DNA of 64,000 bases from Sphingomicrobium sp. (GTDB taxonomy: Bacteria > Pseudomonadota > Alphaproteobacteria > Sphingomonadales > Sphingomonadaceae): positions 16,639 to 80,638 of the forward strand of contig JBDSRV010000073.1 of the NCBI GenBank assembly GCA_039929125.1, in the 5' to 3' direction. Below, piece by piece: positions 45,884 to 54,796 of the stretch (position 1 is its first letter; each line of letters starts with the position of its first letter). A program made the position numbers and the translations under genes. The notes beneath the pieces are model-generated. The model was not told the DNA's origin. It ran no database searches and saw nothing but the letters and a program-made list of their open reading frames with translations.

Positions 45884-47811
45884 GCGCCAGCGTCCACCCC
45901 GTCCCGCCCGGCTATGACGCCCGCATCGGCCCGGCCGAACTGGCCGAATTGCGCGCGCGGTTCGCCGACGATCCGGACGGCTTCTGGCTCGACCAGGCGA
46001 AGCGGCTCGACTGGGTGAAACCGCCGAGCGAGGCCGGCGACTGGAGCTTTGCGGCCGATGATTTCCACGTCCGCTGGTATGCCGACGGGACATTGAACCT
46101 CGCCGCCAACTGCCTCGACCGCCACCTCGCGGCGCGCGGCGACAAGGTCGCGTTGATCTTCGAAGGGGACGAACCCGGCGAGGGTCGCACCCTCACCTAT
46201 CGCCAGCTCCACGACCTGACCGGCCGCTTCGCCAACCTCCTCAAACGCGAGGGCGTGGCGCGCGGTGACCGGGTGATGCTGTACCTGCCGATGATCCCCG
46301 AAGCGGCGGCTGCAATGCTTGCCTGCGCGCGCATCGGCGCGGTCCATTCGGTGGTGTTCGGCGGCTTCTCGCCCGAAAGCCTGGCGGGACGGATCGAGGA
46401 TTGCGGCGCGCGCATCGTCATCACCGCCGACGAGGGGCTGCGCGGCGGCAAGCGCATCCCGTTGAAGGCCAATGTCGATGCCGCCTGCGCCATGGCCGGC
46501 GGCGCGGTCGAGCGGGTCATCGTCATCACCCGCACCGGCGCCGACATCGCCTGGCACCCGCAGCGCGACCTGCGCTGGGACGACGAGCGCGATAGCCTGT
46601 CGCCCGACTGCCCGGCCGAACCCATGGCCGCCGAGGATCCGTTGTTCATCCTCTACACCTCGGGGTCGACCGGAAAACCCAAGGGGGTGGTCCATACCGT
46701 CGGCGGCTACGCCGTCTGGGCAGCGACGACGTTCGACTGGATCTTCGGCGCGACAGACGACGACATCTTCTGGTGCACCGCCGACATCGGCTGGATCACC
46801 GGCCACAGCTACACCGTCTACGGCCCGCTGATGAACGGCGCGACCAGCGTGATGTTCGACGGCATCCCCAACTACCCCGACGCGGGCCGCTTCTGGGAGA
46901 CGTGCGACCGGATGGGCGTGACCATTTTCTACACCGCGCCGACCGCCATCCGCGCGCTGATGCGCGACGGCGACGCGCCGGTGAAGGCCCACAGCCGCGC
47001 CTCGATCCGCTTGCTCGGCACGGTCGGCGAGCCGATCAACCCCGAGGCGTGGGAATGGTATTGGCGCGTCGTCGGCGATGAGCGCTGCCCGGTCATCGAC
47101 ACCTGGTGGCAGACCGAAACCGGCGGCATCCTGATGTCGCCCTTCCCCGGCGCGACGCCGATGAAGCCGGGCTCGGCGACCCACCCATTGCCCGGCATCG
47201 AGCCATTGCTGGTCGACGCCGAAGGCCGCGAGCTCGATGGCGCGGCGAGCGGCAATCTGTGCCTGCGCTCGTCCTGGCCGGGGCAGATGCGCGCCGTGTG
47301 GGGCGACGACGATCGCTTCTTCAAGACCTATTTCACGGCCTACCCCGGCCTCTATTTCACCGGCGACGGCTGCCGCCGCGACGCCGATGATTATTACTGG
47401 ATCACCGGCCGCGTCGACGATGTCATCAACGTCTCCGGCCACCGCGTCGGCACCGCCGAGGTTGAAAGCGCCTTGGTTGCCCATCCGCGCGTCGCCGAGG
47501 CGGCGGTGGTCGCGGTGCCGCACGAGCTGAAGGGCCAGGGCATCTACGCCTTCGTCACCCTGAACGCCGGCGACGAAGGCGACGCCGCGCTCAAAGGCGA
47601 GCTCAACCAGGAGGTGCGCAAGCATATCGGCGCGCTCGCCACGCCCGAGGCGATCCAGTTCGCGCCGTCGCTGCCCAAGACCCGCTCGGGCAAGATCATG
47701 CGCCGCATCCTGCGCAAGGTCGCCGAGGGCGTGACCGAAGGGCTGGGCGACATTTCCACCCTCGCCGACCCGTCGGTGGTCGAGGCGTTGGTCAAGGGTC
47801 GCGGCGCTTAA
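45880..47811 (+). CDS. acs: Acetate--CoA ligase
   Basis: [45 protein letters not shown]. Confidence 0.95.
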   Translation: MSASVHPVPPGYDARIGPAELAELRARFADDPDGFWLDQAKRLDWVKPPSEAGDWSFAADDFHVRWYADGTLNLAANCLDRHLAARGDKVALIFEGDEPGEGRTLTYRQLHDLTGRFANLLKREGVARGDRVMLYLPMIPEAAAAMLACARIGAVHSVVFGGFSPESLAGRIEDCGARIVITADEGLRGGKRIPLKANVDAACAMAGGAVERVIVITRTGADIAWHPQRDLRWDDERDSLSPDCPAEPMAAEDPLFILYTSGSTGKPKGVVHTVGGYAVWAATTFDWIFGATDDDIFWCTADIGWITGHSYTVYGPLMNGATSVMFDGIPNYPDAGRFWETCDRMGVTIFYTAPTAIRALMRDGDAPVKAHSRASIRLLGTVGEPINPEAWEWYWRVVGDERCPVIDTWWQTETGGILMSPFPGATPMKPGSATHPLPGIEPLLVDAEGRELDGAASGNLCLRSSWPGQMRAVWGDDDRFFKTYFTAYPGLYFTGDGCRRDADDYYWITGRVDDVINVSGHRVGTAEVESALVAHPRVAEAAVVAVPHELKGQGIYAFVTLNAGDEGDAALKGELNQEVRKHIGALATPEAIQFAPSLPKTRSGKIMRRILRKVAEGVTEGLGDISTLADPSVVEALVKGRGA

Positions 47812-47845
47812 GGGACACAAAGCGGGCGCCTGCCGTTACATCGTC

Positions 47846-48340
47846 ATGCGAACCCTTGCCCTTTCCACCGTCATGCTGGCCGTCACCGCCTGCGGCTCCG
47901 CCGAACCGGCCCCCGGCGCGCCGCTTGACCCGCTCGCCTTCTTCTCCGGCAAGAGCCATGGCGAGGCGACCTTGAGCCAAGTCTTCACCGCCGACCGTCA
48001 CGTCAGCGTCGACAGCGTCGGCTACCCGCAGCGCGACGGGACGCTCATCCTGACCCAGTCGGTCGCCGTCCAGGGCAAGCCGCCCAAGGCGCGCGAATGG
48101 CTGCTGCGGCGCGACCGTCCGGGCCATTATTCGGGGACGCTGACCGAAGCCACCGGCCCGGTCGAGGCCGACCAGGTCGCCGACGCGGTGCGCATCCGCT
48201 ACAAGATGAAGGGCGGCCTCAAGGTCGAACAATGGCTCGCCCCGCTGCCCGGCGGCAAGGCGATCGACAACCAGCTCAAGGTGACCAAGCTCGGCGTCAA
48301 GGTGGCCTTCCTCCACGAGGTCATCCGCAAGCTGGACTGA
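47846..48340 (+). CDS. DUF3833-like lipoprotein
   Basis: Lipobox VTAC, LDPLAFFSG, beta-rich sequence. Confidence 0.65.
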   Translation: MRTLALSTVMLAVTACGSAEPAPGAPLDPLAFFSGKSHGEATLSQVFTADRHVSVDSVGYPQRDGTLILTQSVAVQGKPPKAREWLLRRDRPGHYSGTLTEATGPVEADQVADAVRIRYKMKGGLKVEQWLAPLPGGKAIDNQLKVTKLGVKVAFLHEVIRKLD

Positions 48341-48386
48341 CGCGCCGGCGCTGCTACCTTCCCCCACAAAAGTTCGGGGGAGTGCA

Positions 48387-50024
48387 ATGTCTCAGACCAA
48401 GCCCTGGTCGATGGTCCGTGTCGTCACCGCCTCGTCGGCCGGCACCGCGTTCGAATGGTACGACTTCTTCATCTTCGGATCGCTGACCCCGGTCATCGCC
48501 AAAGTGTTCCTGGCGGGCCTCGACCCGAACGCGGCGTTGGTCGCCGCGCTGGCTTTGTTCGCGGTCGGGTTCGCGTTCCGGCCACTGGGCGCGATCATCT
48601 TTGGCGCGATGGGCGACCGCATCGGCCGCAAGGCGACCTTCCTCATCACCGTCAGCCTGATGGGCGGCGCGACCTTCCTCATCGGCCTGCTGCCGACCTA
48701 CGCCCAGGCCGGGATCCTGGCCCCGATCCTGCTGATATTCCTGCGCATCTGCCAGGGCACCGCGCTCGGCGGCGAATATGGCGGCGCGGCGATCTACGTC
48801 GCCGAGCACGCCCCCGACAACCGCCGCGGCACCATGACCGGATGGATCCAGTCGACCGCGTCGTTGGGGCTGCTTGCCGCCTTGCTGATCATCTTCGCCA
48901 CCCGCACCTGGCTTGGCGAGGAAGCCTTCGGCGCCTGGGGCTGGCGCATCCCGTTCCTCGCCTCGGCGGTGTTGCTGGCGATCTCGGTCTACATGCGCGC
49001 CAAGCTCGCCGAGAGCCCCCACTTCGCCCAATTGCGCGAGGAGGGCGCGACCAGCAAGGCGCCGCTGCGCGAGGCGTTCGCCGAGCGCGACAACCTCAAG
49101 CGCGTCCTCACCGCCTTCTTCGCGATCATGTGCGCGCAAGGGGCGGTGTGGTATTTCACCTTCTTCTATCTGCAGGTGTTCCTCGAAAAGTCGCTCGGGC
49201 TGCCCGGCGCGACCAAGGACCTGCTGCTGATCGTCATGACCCTGGTCAGCGCGCCGCTCTACGTCTTCTTCGGCTGGCTTAGCGACCGCGTCGGCAGGAA
49301 GCCGGTGATGCTCGGCGGGATGCTGCTCGCGCTCGCGCTTTACTTCCCCGGCTCGCACTGGATTGCCGAGGCCGCCAACCCGGCGCTGGTCGCCGCGAGC
49401 CAAGCCACCCCGGTCGCGGTCGAGACCGACTCCGCGACCTGCACCAGCCAGTTCGACCCGACCGGCACCGTCAAGTTCACCAGCGCCTGCGACATCGCCA
49501 AGGGCAATCTGGTGATCAAGGGCATCAGCTACACCACCCGCGCCAGCGCGGACGGCACGACGCGCGTCGTCGCCGGCGCGCAGACCGTCCAAGTGGTCGG
49601 CGGCGAGGGCCTGTCAGGCGCGGACCTGAAGGCGCTCAAGGCCAAGACCGGCGAGGCGATCGGCGCCGAGCTTCAGGCCGCGGGCTATCCCAAGGGCGCC
49701 GACCCCAACAAGGCCAAGATGCCGATGCTGATCGCGGTGCTGCTGGCGTTCGTCGTCGCCGCGACCGCGCTCTACGGCCCGCAGGCGGCGGCGCTGGTCG
49801 AGATGTTCCCGACCCGCATCCGCTACACGGCCTTGTCGCTGCCCTATCACCTGGGCACCGGCTGGGTCGGCGGGTTCCTGCCCGTCACCAGCTTCGCGAT
49901 CGTCGCGCTGACGGGGAATATCTACGCCGGCCTGTGGTACGCGGTGGCGTTTACGGCGATCTCGGTGGTGGTGACGGTGGTGTTGCTGAAGGAGACGCGG
50001 GGGCGGCCGTTGGATACGATTTGA
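48387..50024 (+). CDS. MFS transporter (metabolite:H+ symporter family)
   Basis: GTAFEWYDF, FRPLGA, GDRIGRK, GGEYGGA, WGWRIPFL. Confidence 0.93.
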   Translation: MSQTKPWSMVRVVTASSAGTAFEWYDFFIFGSLTPVIAKVFLAGLDPNAALVAALALFAVGFAFRPLGAIIFGAMGDRIGRKATFLITVSLMGGATFLIGLLPTYAQAGILAPILLIFLRICQGTALGGEYGGAAIYVAEHAPDNRRGTMTGWIQSTASLGLLAALLIIFATRTWLGEEAFGAWGWRIPFLASAVLLAISVYMRAKLAESPHFAQLREEGATSKAPLREAFAERDNLKRVLTAFFAIMCAQGAVWYFTFFYLQVFLEKSLGLPGATKDLLLIVMTLVSAPLYVFFGWLSDRVGRKPVMLGGMLLALALYFPGSHWIAEAANPALVAASQATPVAVETDSATCTSQFDPTGTVKFTSACDIAKGNLVIKGISYTTRASADGTTRVVAGAQTVQVVGGEGLSGADLKALKAKTGEAIGAELQAAGYPKGADPNKAKMPMLIAVLLAFVVAATALYGPQAAALVEMFPTRIRYTALSLPYHLGTGWVGGFLPVTSFAIVALTGNIYAGLWYAVAFTAISVVVTVVLLKETRGRPLDTI

Positions 50025-50037
50025 GCATCCTAGCGCG

Positions 50038-50092
50038 AATGTCCGCTTTAGACCCTTAGCGGCCAGTCCACATCCGACCCAAAGCGGGCATT
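50038..50092. repeat. Left palindromic repeat element (two subunits)
   Basis: AATGTCCGCTTT...AAAGCGGGCATT terminal inverted repeat (11/12); first subunit matches the right element at 23/26. Confidence 0.85.
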
Positions 50093-50126
50093 AGCCGATT
50101 GCTATTGAACGATAGATTCCGCATTA

Positions 50127-50152
50127 GGAAAGCCTCAGGAGCACCCGCCGTT
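50127..50152 (+). promoter_or_regulatory. Possible EcfG-type promoter of the receiver pair
   Basis: GGAAA-N17-CGTT, 28 nt before ATG 50181. Confidence 0.35.
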
Positions 50153-50180
50153 GGTCGGTTCAAGTCAGGGGACGCTTTCA

Positions 50181-50582
50181 ATGAAGCCATGTTCGTCCCT
50201 GCCTGGCAAAAACCCATCCCGCGCATGCATACTGGTTGCTGAGGACGAGCTGCTCCTCCGGATGATGATCAGCGACGAACTTCGCGACGCTGGCTATGAC
50301 GTGATCGAGGCATTCAGCGCTGATGAAGCAGCGGCCATATTGCGATCCGGCGCTCAGGTTGACTTGGTCCTTAGCGATGTTCGTATGCCCGGCTCGCTTG
50401 ACGGCTTGGGCCTTCTTACGATCGTAAAAGGAATGTCCCCCGACCTTCCGGTAATTATTATGTCAGCACATCTCCAGCCAAGCCTCGCTGCGTCGGACGG
50501 CGCAGCACAATTCTTAGCTAAGCCCTTCACGATGAGCCGAGTTGTGGAGGCCGTTGGAACCGAGTTATCGAAGATATCATGA
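50181..50582 (+). CDS. Single-domain response regulator
   Basis: LVAEDE, LSDVRMPG, IMSA, LAKPF; all canonical residues present. Confidence 0.88.
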   Translation: MKPCSSLPGKNPSRACILVAEDELLLRMMISDELRDAGYDVIEAFSADEAAAILRSGAQVDLVLSDVRMPGSLDGLGLLTIVKGMSPDLPVIIMSAHLQPSLAASDGAAQFLAKPFTMSRVVEAVGTELSKIS

Positions 50583-50986
50583 CGGCTGAAATTGCTAGCG
50601 GCAAAGTTGCTTCATCGATCTTAATTGTCGATGGCGACATTATCTCGCGGCATGTCATTGCAGATTACCTAAGGCACTGCGGATACAGCGTCGTGGAGGC
50701 TGCCAACGCAGAGGAAGCCTATGCTGGTTTGCAGGAGCCGACCCTCTCGATCGATGTCATCGTATGCGACGTAGCCGGGCTGGGTCCCAAGACCAGCTTC
50801 GAACTGGCAACCTGGGTACGAGCCAATCGTCCTGAGCTGGAGGTTAAGCTCGCCGGTGGCGTTGAGATGGCTGCTCAAACCGCAGCAGACCTTTGCGAGA
50901 ACGGACCCCGTCTAGCGCGGCCGTATGAACCCGAAGCTGTTATTGATTACATCAAACGATTGCGAGCGAGCCGCGACCGCAGCTGA
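50579..50986 (+). CDS. Atypical single-domain response regulator
   Basis: LIVDGD, VIVCD; LAGG replaces the S/T site and ARPY replaces the KP motif. Confidence 0.78.
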   Translation: MTAEIASGKVASSILIVDGDIISRHVIADYLRHCGYSVVEAANAEEAYAGLQEPTLSIDVIVCDVAGLGPKTSFELATWVRANRPELEVKLAGGVEMAAQTAADLCENGPRLARPYEPEAVIDYIKRLRASRDRS

Positions 50987-51200
50987 CCGGTCACTCCTTA
51001 CGGACCTCTTGTGACCCGCAATACCGTTCACCTCCGGCGATTGAAGAAGCGCTTCGAAAGGCTGCCCGCGATTGCAGCCCAGAGGTGTCATGACCGTTTC
51101 CAGGTTTTCGTTGCTCGTTCCGTTGCCGCGGAAGCACTGGACTCTGGACGGACACGAGGCCAATCTGCGCTTAAGTGATTGACGCAAAAGGATTCGTAGC

Positions 51201-51419
51201 ATGCATAGGTTCCAGCTCAAGTGCCAGGAGTGTGGCAACTCCGACTTCACCCTCCCCCAAGACGGAGCTGAAAGCATGCGGATCATTTGCAATAAATGCG
51301 GGACGTTTTTTGCGACGCTCGGTGAGCTCAGGACTGAAATGTCGGGGCAAGCTGCTGTGACCCGTCAGAGCGACATCGATAGCGCGGCCTGGATGAAGCG
51401 AGCGAGGTCTGGAGAGTAA
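51201..51419 (+). CDS. Small CxxC...CxxC putative zinc-binding protein (72 aa)
   Basis: CQEC and CNKC; AGGA upstream. Confidence 0.6.
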   Translation: MHRFQLKCQECGNSDFTLPQDGAESMRIICNKCGTFFATLGELRTEMSGQAAVTRQSDIDSAAWMKRARSGE

Positions 51420-51597
51420 TCAGGCGCTCCGATATTCCCTCTATCAGAGGGATTCCGCACCTTTCGTATAAACTGCGCACTCGTCAGTCCTTATGCGCCT
51501 ACTCCCCGAAGCCGGCCGTCCGCGGCTGCTAAGTGTTTGTTTCTACTTGCTATTGCGCCGCCACCCTCTACCCCTGTTGCGACAACGGGGAAGCAAA

Positions 51598-51807
51598 ATG
51601 ACATTACAGGAAAGCGTTTGGGCATTTCTTATCCAACGCGCCCCGAGACCTATTTGTGACCTTTGTATCTCTGACTACCTGGCAATAAGTCGCCTTCAGG
51701 TCGTTACAGCCGTCAGGTTCGCACAAAGCCGAGGGGCCGACCGCTTTACCGGACGCTGTTCGGGTTGCTGCACTCACCGGAAGGTGTCGGTGTTGTTTCA
51801 GGGCTGA
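51598..51807 (+). CDS. Small CxxC...CxxC putative zinc-binding protein (69 aa)
   Basis: ICDLC and RCSGCC; GGGGAAG upstream of ATG 51598. Confidence 0.55.
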   Translation: MTLQESVWAFLIQRAPRPICDLCISDYLAISRLQVVTAVRFAQSRGADRFTGRCSGCCTHRKVSVLFQG

Positions 51808-51842
51808 CGAGATTTTGCCGCAGCTCGCCCCGCATCGCGTGC

Positions 51843-51874
51843 GACTGTCCGCTTTCCACCCTTAGCGGACACTC
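51843..51874. repeat. Right palindromic repeat element
   Basis: GACTGTCCGCT-N10-AGCGGACACTC. Confidence 0.85.
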
Positions 51875-51995
51875 CCTTCCCCCCATGATCGTCCCCCCGT
51901 TCGTCGGTTGGCGGCGCCTGGGAGTCGATTGGTCGAACCCCGCTGGCCCCGCCCGTTCCAATCGCCAACAGGGCCCGCAAAGGGGTTCATTGTCG

Positions 51996-54080
51996 ATGTC
52001 GACTGCGCGTTTTCACCGCCTGGCGCTGCTCGCCGGGATTGCCTGGCTGATGCCGTTGCCGGCTGTCGCCCAGACGGCGCCCGCCGCTGCGCGGGCGCCC
52101 AAGGCGGCGACGGCCGCCCGCAAAATCTTCACGCCGGCCGATTTCGCCCGCTTCTCGCCGACCACGGCGTTCGACATGCTGGCCAACGTCCCCGGCTTCA
52201 CCATCCAGTCCGCCGACCAGGAGCGCGGGCTTGGCCAGGCGTCGGAGAATGTGCTGATCAACGGGCAGCGCGTCGCCAACAAGTCGGGCGGCGCGATCGA
52301 CCAGTTGCGCAAAGTGGCCGCCGCCAACGTCGAGCGGATCGAGATCGCCGACGCCGCGGGCCTCGGCATCGCCGGCCTGTCGGGCGAAGTCGCCAACGTC
52401 ATCGTCCAGGCCGGCGCCAAGGGCAGCGGCCAGTTCGAATGGCGGCCCCAGTTCCGCATCCATTACGCCCACCCCAACTGGTTCAAGGGATCCGCCAGTT
52501 ATTCCGACAAGGTCGGCCCGGTCGATTACACGATTGGCATCGACAATGGCTCCAACCGCGGCGCCTTTGGTGGCCCGGTCTCGATCTTCGACCCGCTTGG
52601 CACCCGCTTTGAAGTCCGCAACCAGATTTCCACCAGCGATTTCGACCAGCCCAAGATGACCGCCCGGTTCAAGCTCGACGCGCCGGGATCGTCGGTCGCC
52701 AACCTGACGCTCGGCTACGGCCCTTATTGGTACAGCGGCAACACGCTCGAGCGCCGCGTGCGCACCGACGGCGACGATCGGACGCGCCTGACCCGGCAGA
52801 TCCAGAACGGCTATATGGTCGATTTCAACGGCGACTATGAATTCGCCCTCGGGCCGGGCCGGCTGAAGCTGATCGGCCTGCGCCATTTCGAGCATGAGCC
52901 GACCGTCACGACCCAGACCACCACGTTCGACAGCGGCGCCGACGCCCAGGGTATCCGCTTCACCCGCGACGCCCGCATCGGCGAGACCATCGGCCGCGCC
53001 GAATATGGCTTCAGGAGCGGCAAGAACGACTGGCAGCTGACGCTTGAGCGGGCCGACAACAAGCTTGCCCAGCGCGGTCGCCTGTTCGCGCTGTCGCCGT
53101 CGGGCACGTTTAACGAAATGCCGTTCCCCGAAGGCAGCGGCACGGTCGCCGAGACCCGCTACGAAGCCACCGGCACGCTCAGCCGCGCTTTGTCGTCGAA
53201 GCTCGACCTGCAATTGGTCGTGGGGGCCGAGGTGTCGAAGCTCGACCGCGTCGACGGCGACTTGCCGCCGCGCAAATTCTTCCGTCCCAAGGGCAGCCTG
53301 ACGCTCGGCTGGCGCCCGGCCAAGGGGTGGGACGCCAGCTTCAAGCTGCGCCGCCGGGTCGGGCAGATCAGTTTCTACGACTTCCTCGCCCAGCCCAATC
53401 TGCAGCAGGACCGCGAGAATAGCGGCAACCCCGACCTCGTCCCGCCGCAGAGCTGGGAGGCCGAGCTTGAGGCCGGCCGCGACCTTGGCGCGTGGGGCAA
53501 GACCCGGCTGAAGGTCTACGGCCACCGCATCGACGACATCATCGACATCATCCCCATCGGCGACGATGGCGAAGCGGTCGGCAACCTGCCCCGCGCGACC
53601 CGTTTTGGCCTGGTCTCGACCAGCACCATCCAGTTCGACCCGATCGGCTGGCGCGGGGCCAAGCTCGACCTCACCGTCGAAGCGTTGCAGACCAGCGTCC
53701 GCGATCCGCTGACCGGCCGCAAGCGCTCGATCAGCGACACGCAGGACCGCTCGGTCCAGCTATCGCTGCGCGACGACATTCCGCACAGCAAGATCGCCTG
53801 GGGCGCCGAGGTCAACTACAGCCACAACGGCAAAAGCTATTTCCTCAGCGAGATCGGGCGCGGTTGGGAAGGCCCGGTGTTTGCCAACCTCTACGTCGAG
53901 CACAAGGACGTATTCGGGTTCGACGTGACCTTGATCGCCGCCAATTTGCTCAACGCCCGCCACCATTTCAACCGCACGGTTTACGACGGCCGCCGGGAGC
54001 GCGACCCGGTGCGGTTCAGGCAGACGAGCGACGGGCTGATCGGGCCGATCTTCGCGGTCAAGGTCAAGGGCAGCTTCTAA
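51996..54080 (+). CDS. TonB-dependent receptor
   Basis: Signal peptide from ATG 51996, AFDMLANVPGF plug, GNPDLVP, NLLN, terminal GSF. Confidence 0.88.
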   Translation: MSTARFHRLALLAGIAWLMPLPAVAQTAPAAARAPKAATAARKIFTPADFARFSPTTAFDMLANVPGFTIQSADQERGLGQASENVLINGQRVANKSGGAIDQLRKVAAANVERIEIADAAGLGIAGLSGEVANVIVQAGAKGSGQFEWRPQFRIHYAHPNWFKGSASYSDKVGPVDYTIGIDNGSNRGAFGGPVSIFDPLGTRFEVRNQISTSDFDQPKMTARFKLDAPGSSVANLTLGYGPYWYSGNTLERRVRTDGDDRTRLTRQIQNGYMVDFNGDYEFALGPGRLKLIGLRHFEHEPTVTTQTTTFDSGADAQGIRFTRDARIGETIGRAEYGFRSGKNDWQLTLERADNKLAQRGRLFALSPSGTFNEMPFPEGSGTVAETRYEATGTLSRALSSKLDLQLVVGAEVSKLDRVDGDLPPRKFFRPKGSLTLGWRPAKGWDASFKLRRRVGQISFYDFLAQPNLQQDRENSGNPDLVPPQSWEAELEAGRDLGAWGKTRLKVYGHRIDDIIDIIPIGDDGEAVGNLPRATRFGLVSTSTIQFDPIGWRGAKLDLTVEALQTSVRDPLTGRKRSISDTQDRSVQLSLRDDIPHSKIAWGAEVNYSHNGKSYFLSEIGRGWEGPVFANLYVEHKDVFGFDVTLIAANLLNARHHFNRTVYDGRRERDPVRFRQTSDGLIGPIFAVKVKGSF

Positions 54081-54094
54081 GCCGCCCCGGCCGC

Positions 54095-54796
54095 TCACGC
54101 CCGCCAGTGGATGTCGATCGGCTGGTCGCACTCGGCCAGCAGGCGGCCGATCGGCAGCTTGCTGCTCTGGCCGTCCGCGATCGCCTGTTCGATGGCCTCG
54201 CGCTTCTTCTGCCCGGTGATGGCGATCAGGATCGTCCGCGCCGACAGGATCGCGGCCCGGGTCAGCGTCACGCGCGCCACCGGCGCATTGGCCGGCAGCG
54301 GGTCGGGCATGACGCCGACCGCGCGGCGGGCCTTGGGCGCGTTCATCGCATCCTCAAGGTCGGGCCCGGGGAACAGCGACGCGGTATGCCCGTCCTCGCC
54401 CATGCCGAGCCAGACGAGGTCGGGCGGCCACGGCAGGTCCTGCAGCCGGGCGTCCGCGCCATTGCCCGCCAGCCGGTAATCGGGAATGTCCGCGGCGATC
54501 GGGAAGATCCGCGCACCGGTCTTGATGAAATGGCTGGCGATCAGGCGTATGTTACTGAGTTCGCTATCCATTTTGACCAGCCGGTCGTCGGTCGGGATGA
54601 TCGTCACGCGCTTCCAGTCGAGCTTCATTTGCGCGAGCTTGGCGAAGATCGGCCCCGGCGTTTCGCCGCCCGGCAGCGCGATCAGCGCGGCGCCGCGCGC
54701 CTCGATCGCGCTGTCGACGATGAAGCCGACATCGCCCGCCACCGCGTCCGCCATCTCCTCGGCGCTGTCATAATCCCAAAATTCCGCTTCAATCAT
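54095..54796 (-). CDS. pgl: 6-phosphogluconolactonase
   Basis: LPGGETP, PTDDR, LGMGEDGHTASLFP. Confidence 0.93.
   Translation of the reverse strand: MIEAEFWDYDSAEEMADAVAGDVGFIVDSAIEARGAALIALPGGETPGPIFAKLAQMKLDWKRVTIIPTDDRLVKMDSELSNIRLIASHFIKTGARIFPIAADIPDYRLAGNGADARLQDLPWPPDLVWLGMGEDGHTASLFPGPDLEDAMNAPKARRAVGVMPDPLPANAPVARVTLTRAAILSARTILIAITGQKKREAIEQAIADGQSSKLPIGRLLAECDQPIDIHWRA

Noticed and set aside
50912-51292. 126-aa minus-strand ORF inside the cassette
   Set aside because: Overlaps two better-supported plus-strand ORFs, and has no motif or RBS.
50038-51874. Classical integron cassette or IS element
   Set aside because: No RYYYAAC/GTTRRRY attC cores, no intI and no transposase; kept only as a cassette-like finding.
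51765-51995. 77-aa N-terminal extension of the second TonB-dependent receptor
   Set aside because: Runs through the palindromic repeat; a proper signal peptide begins at ATG 51996.
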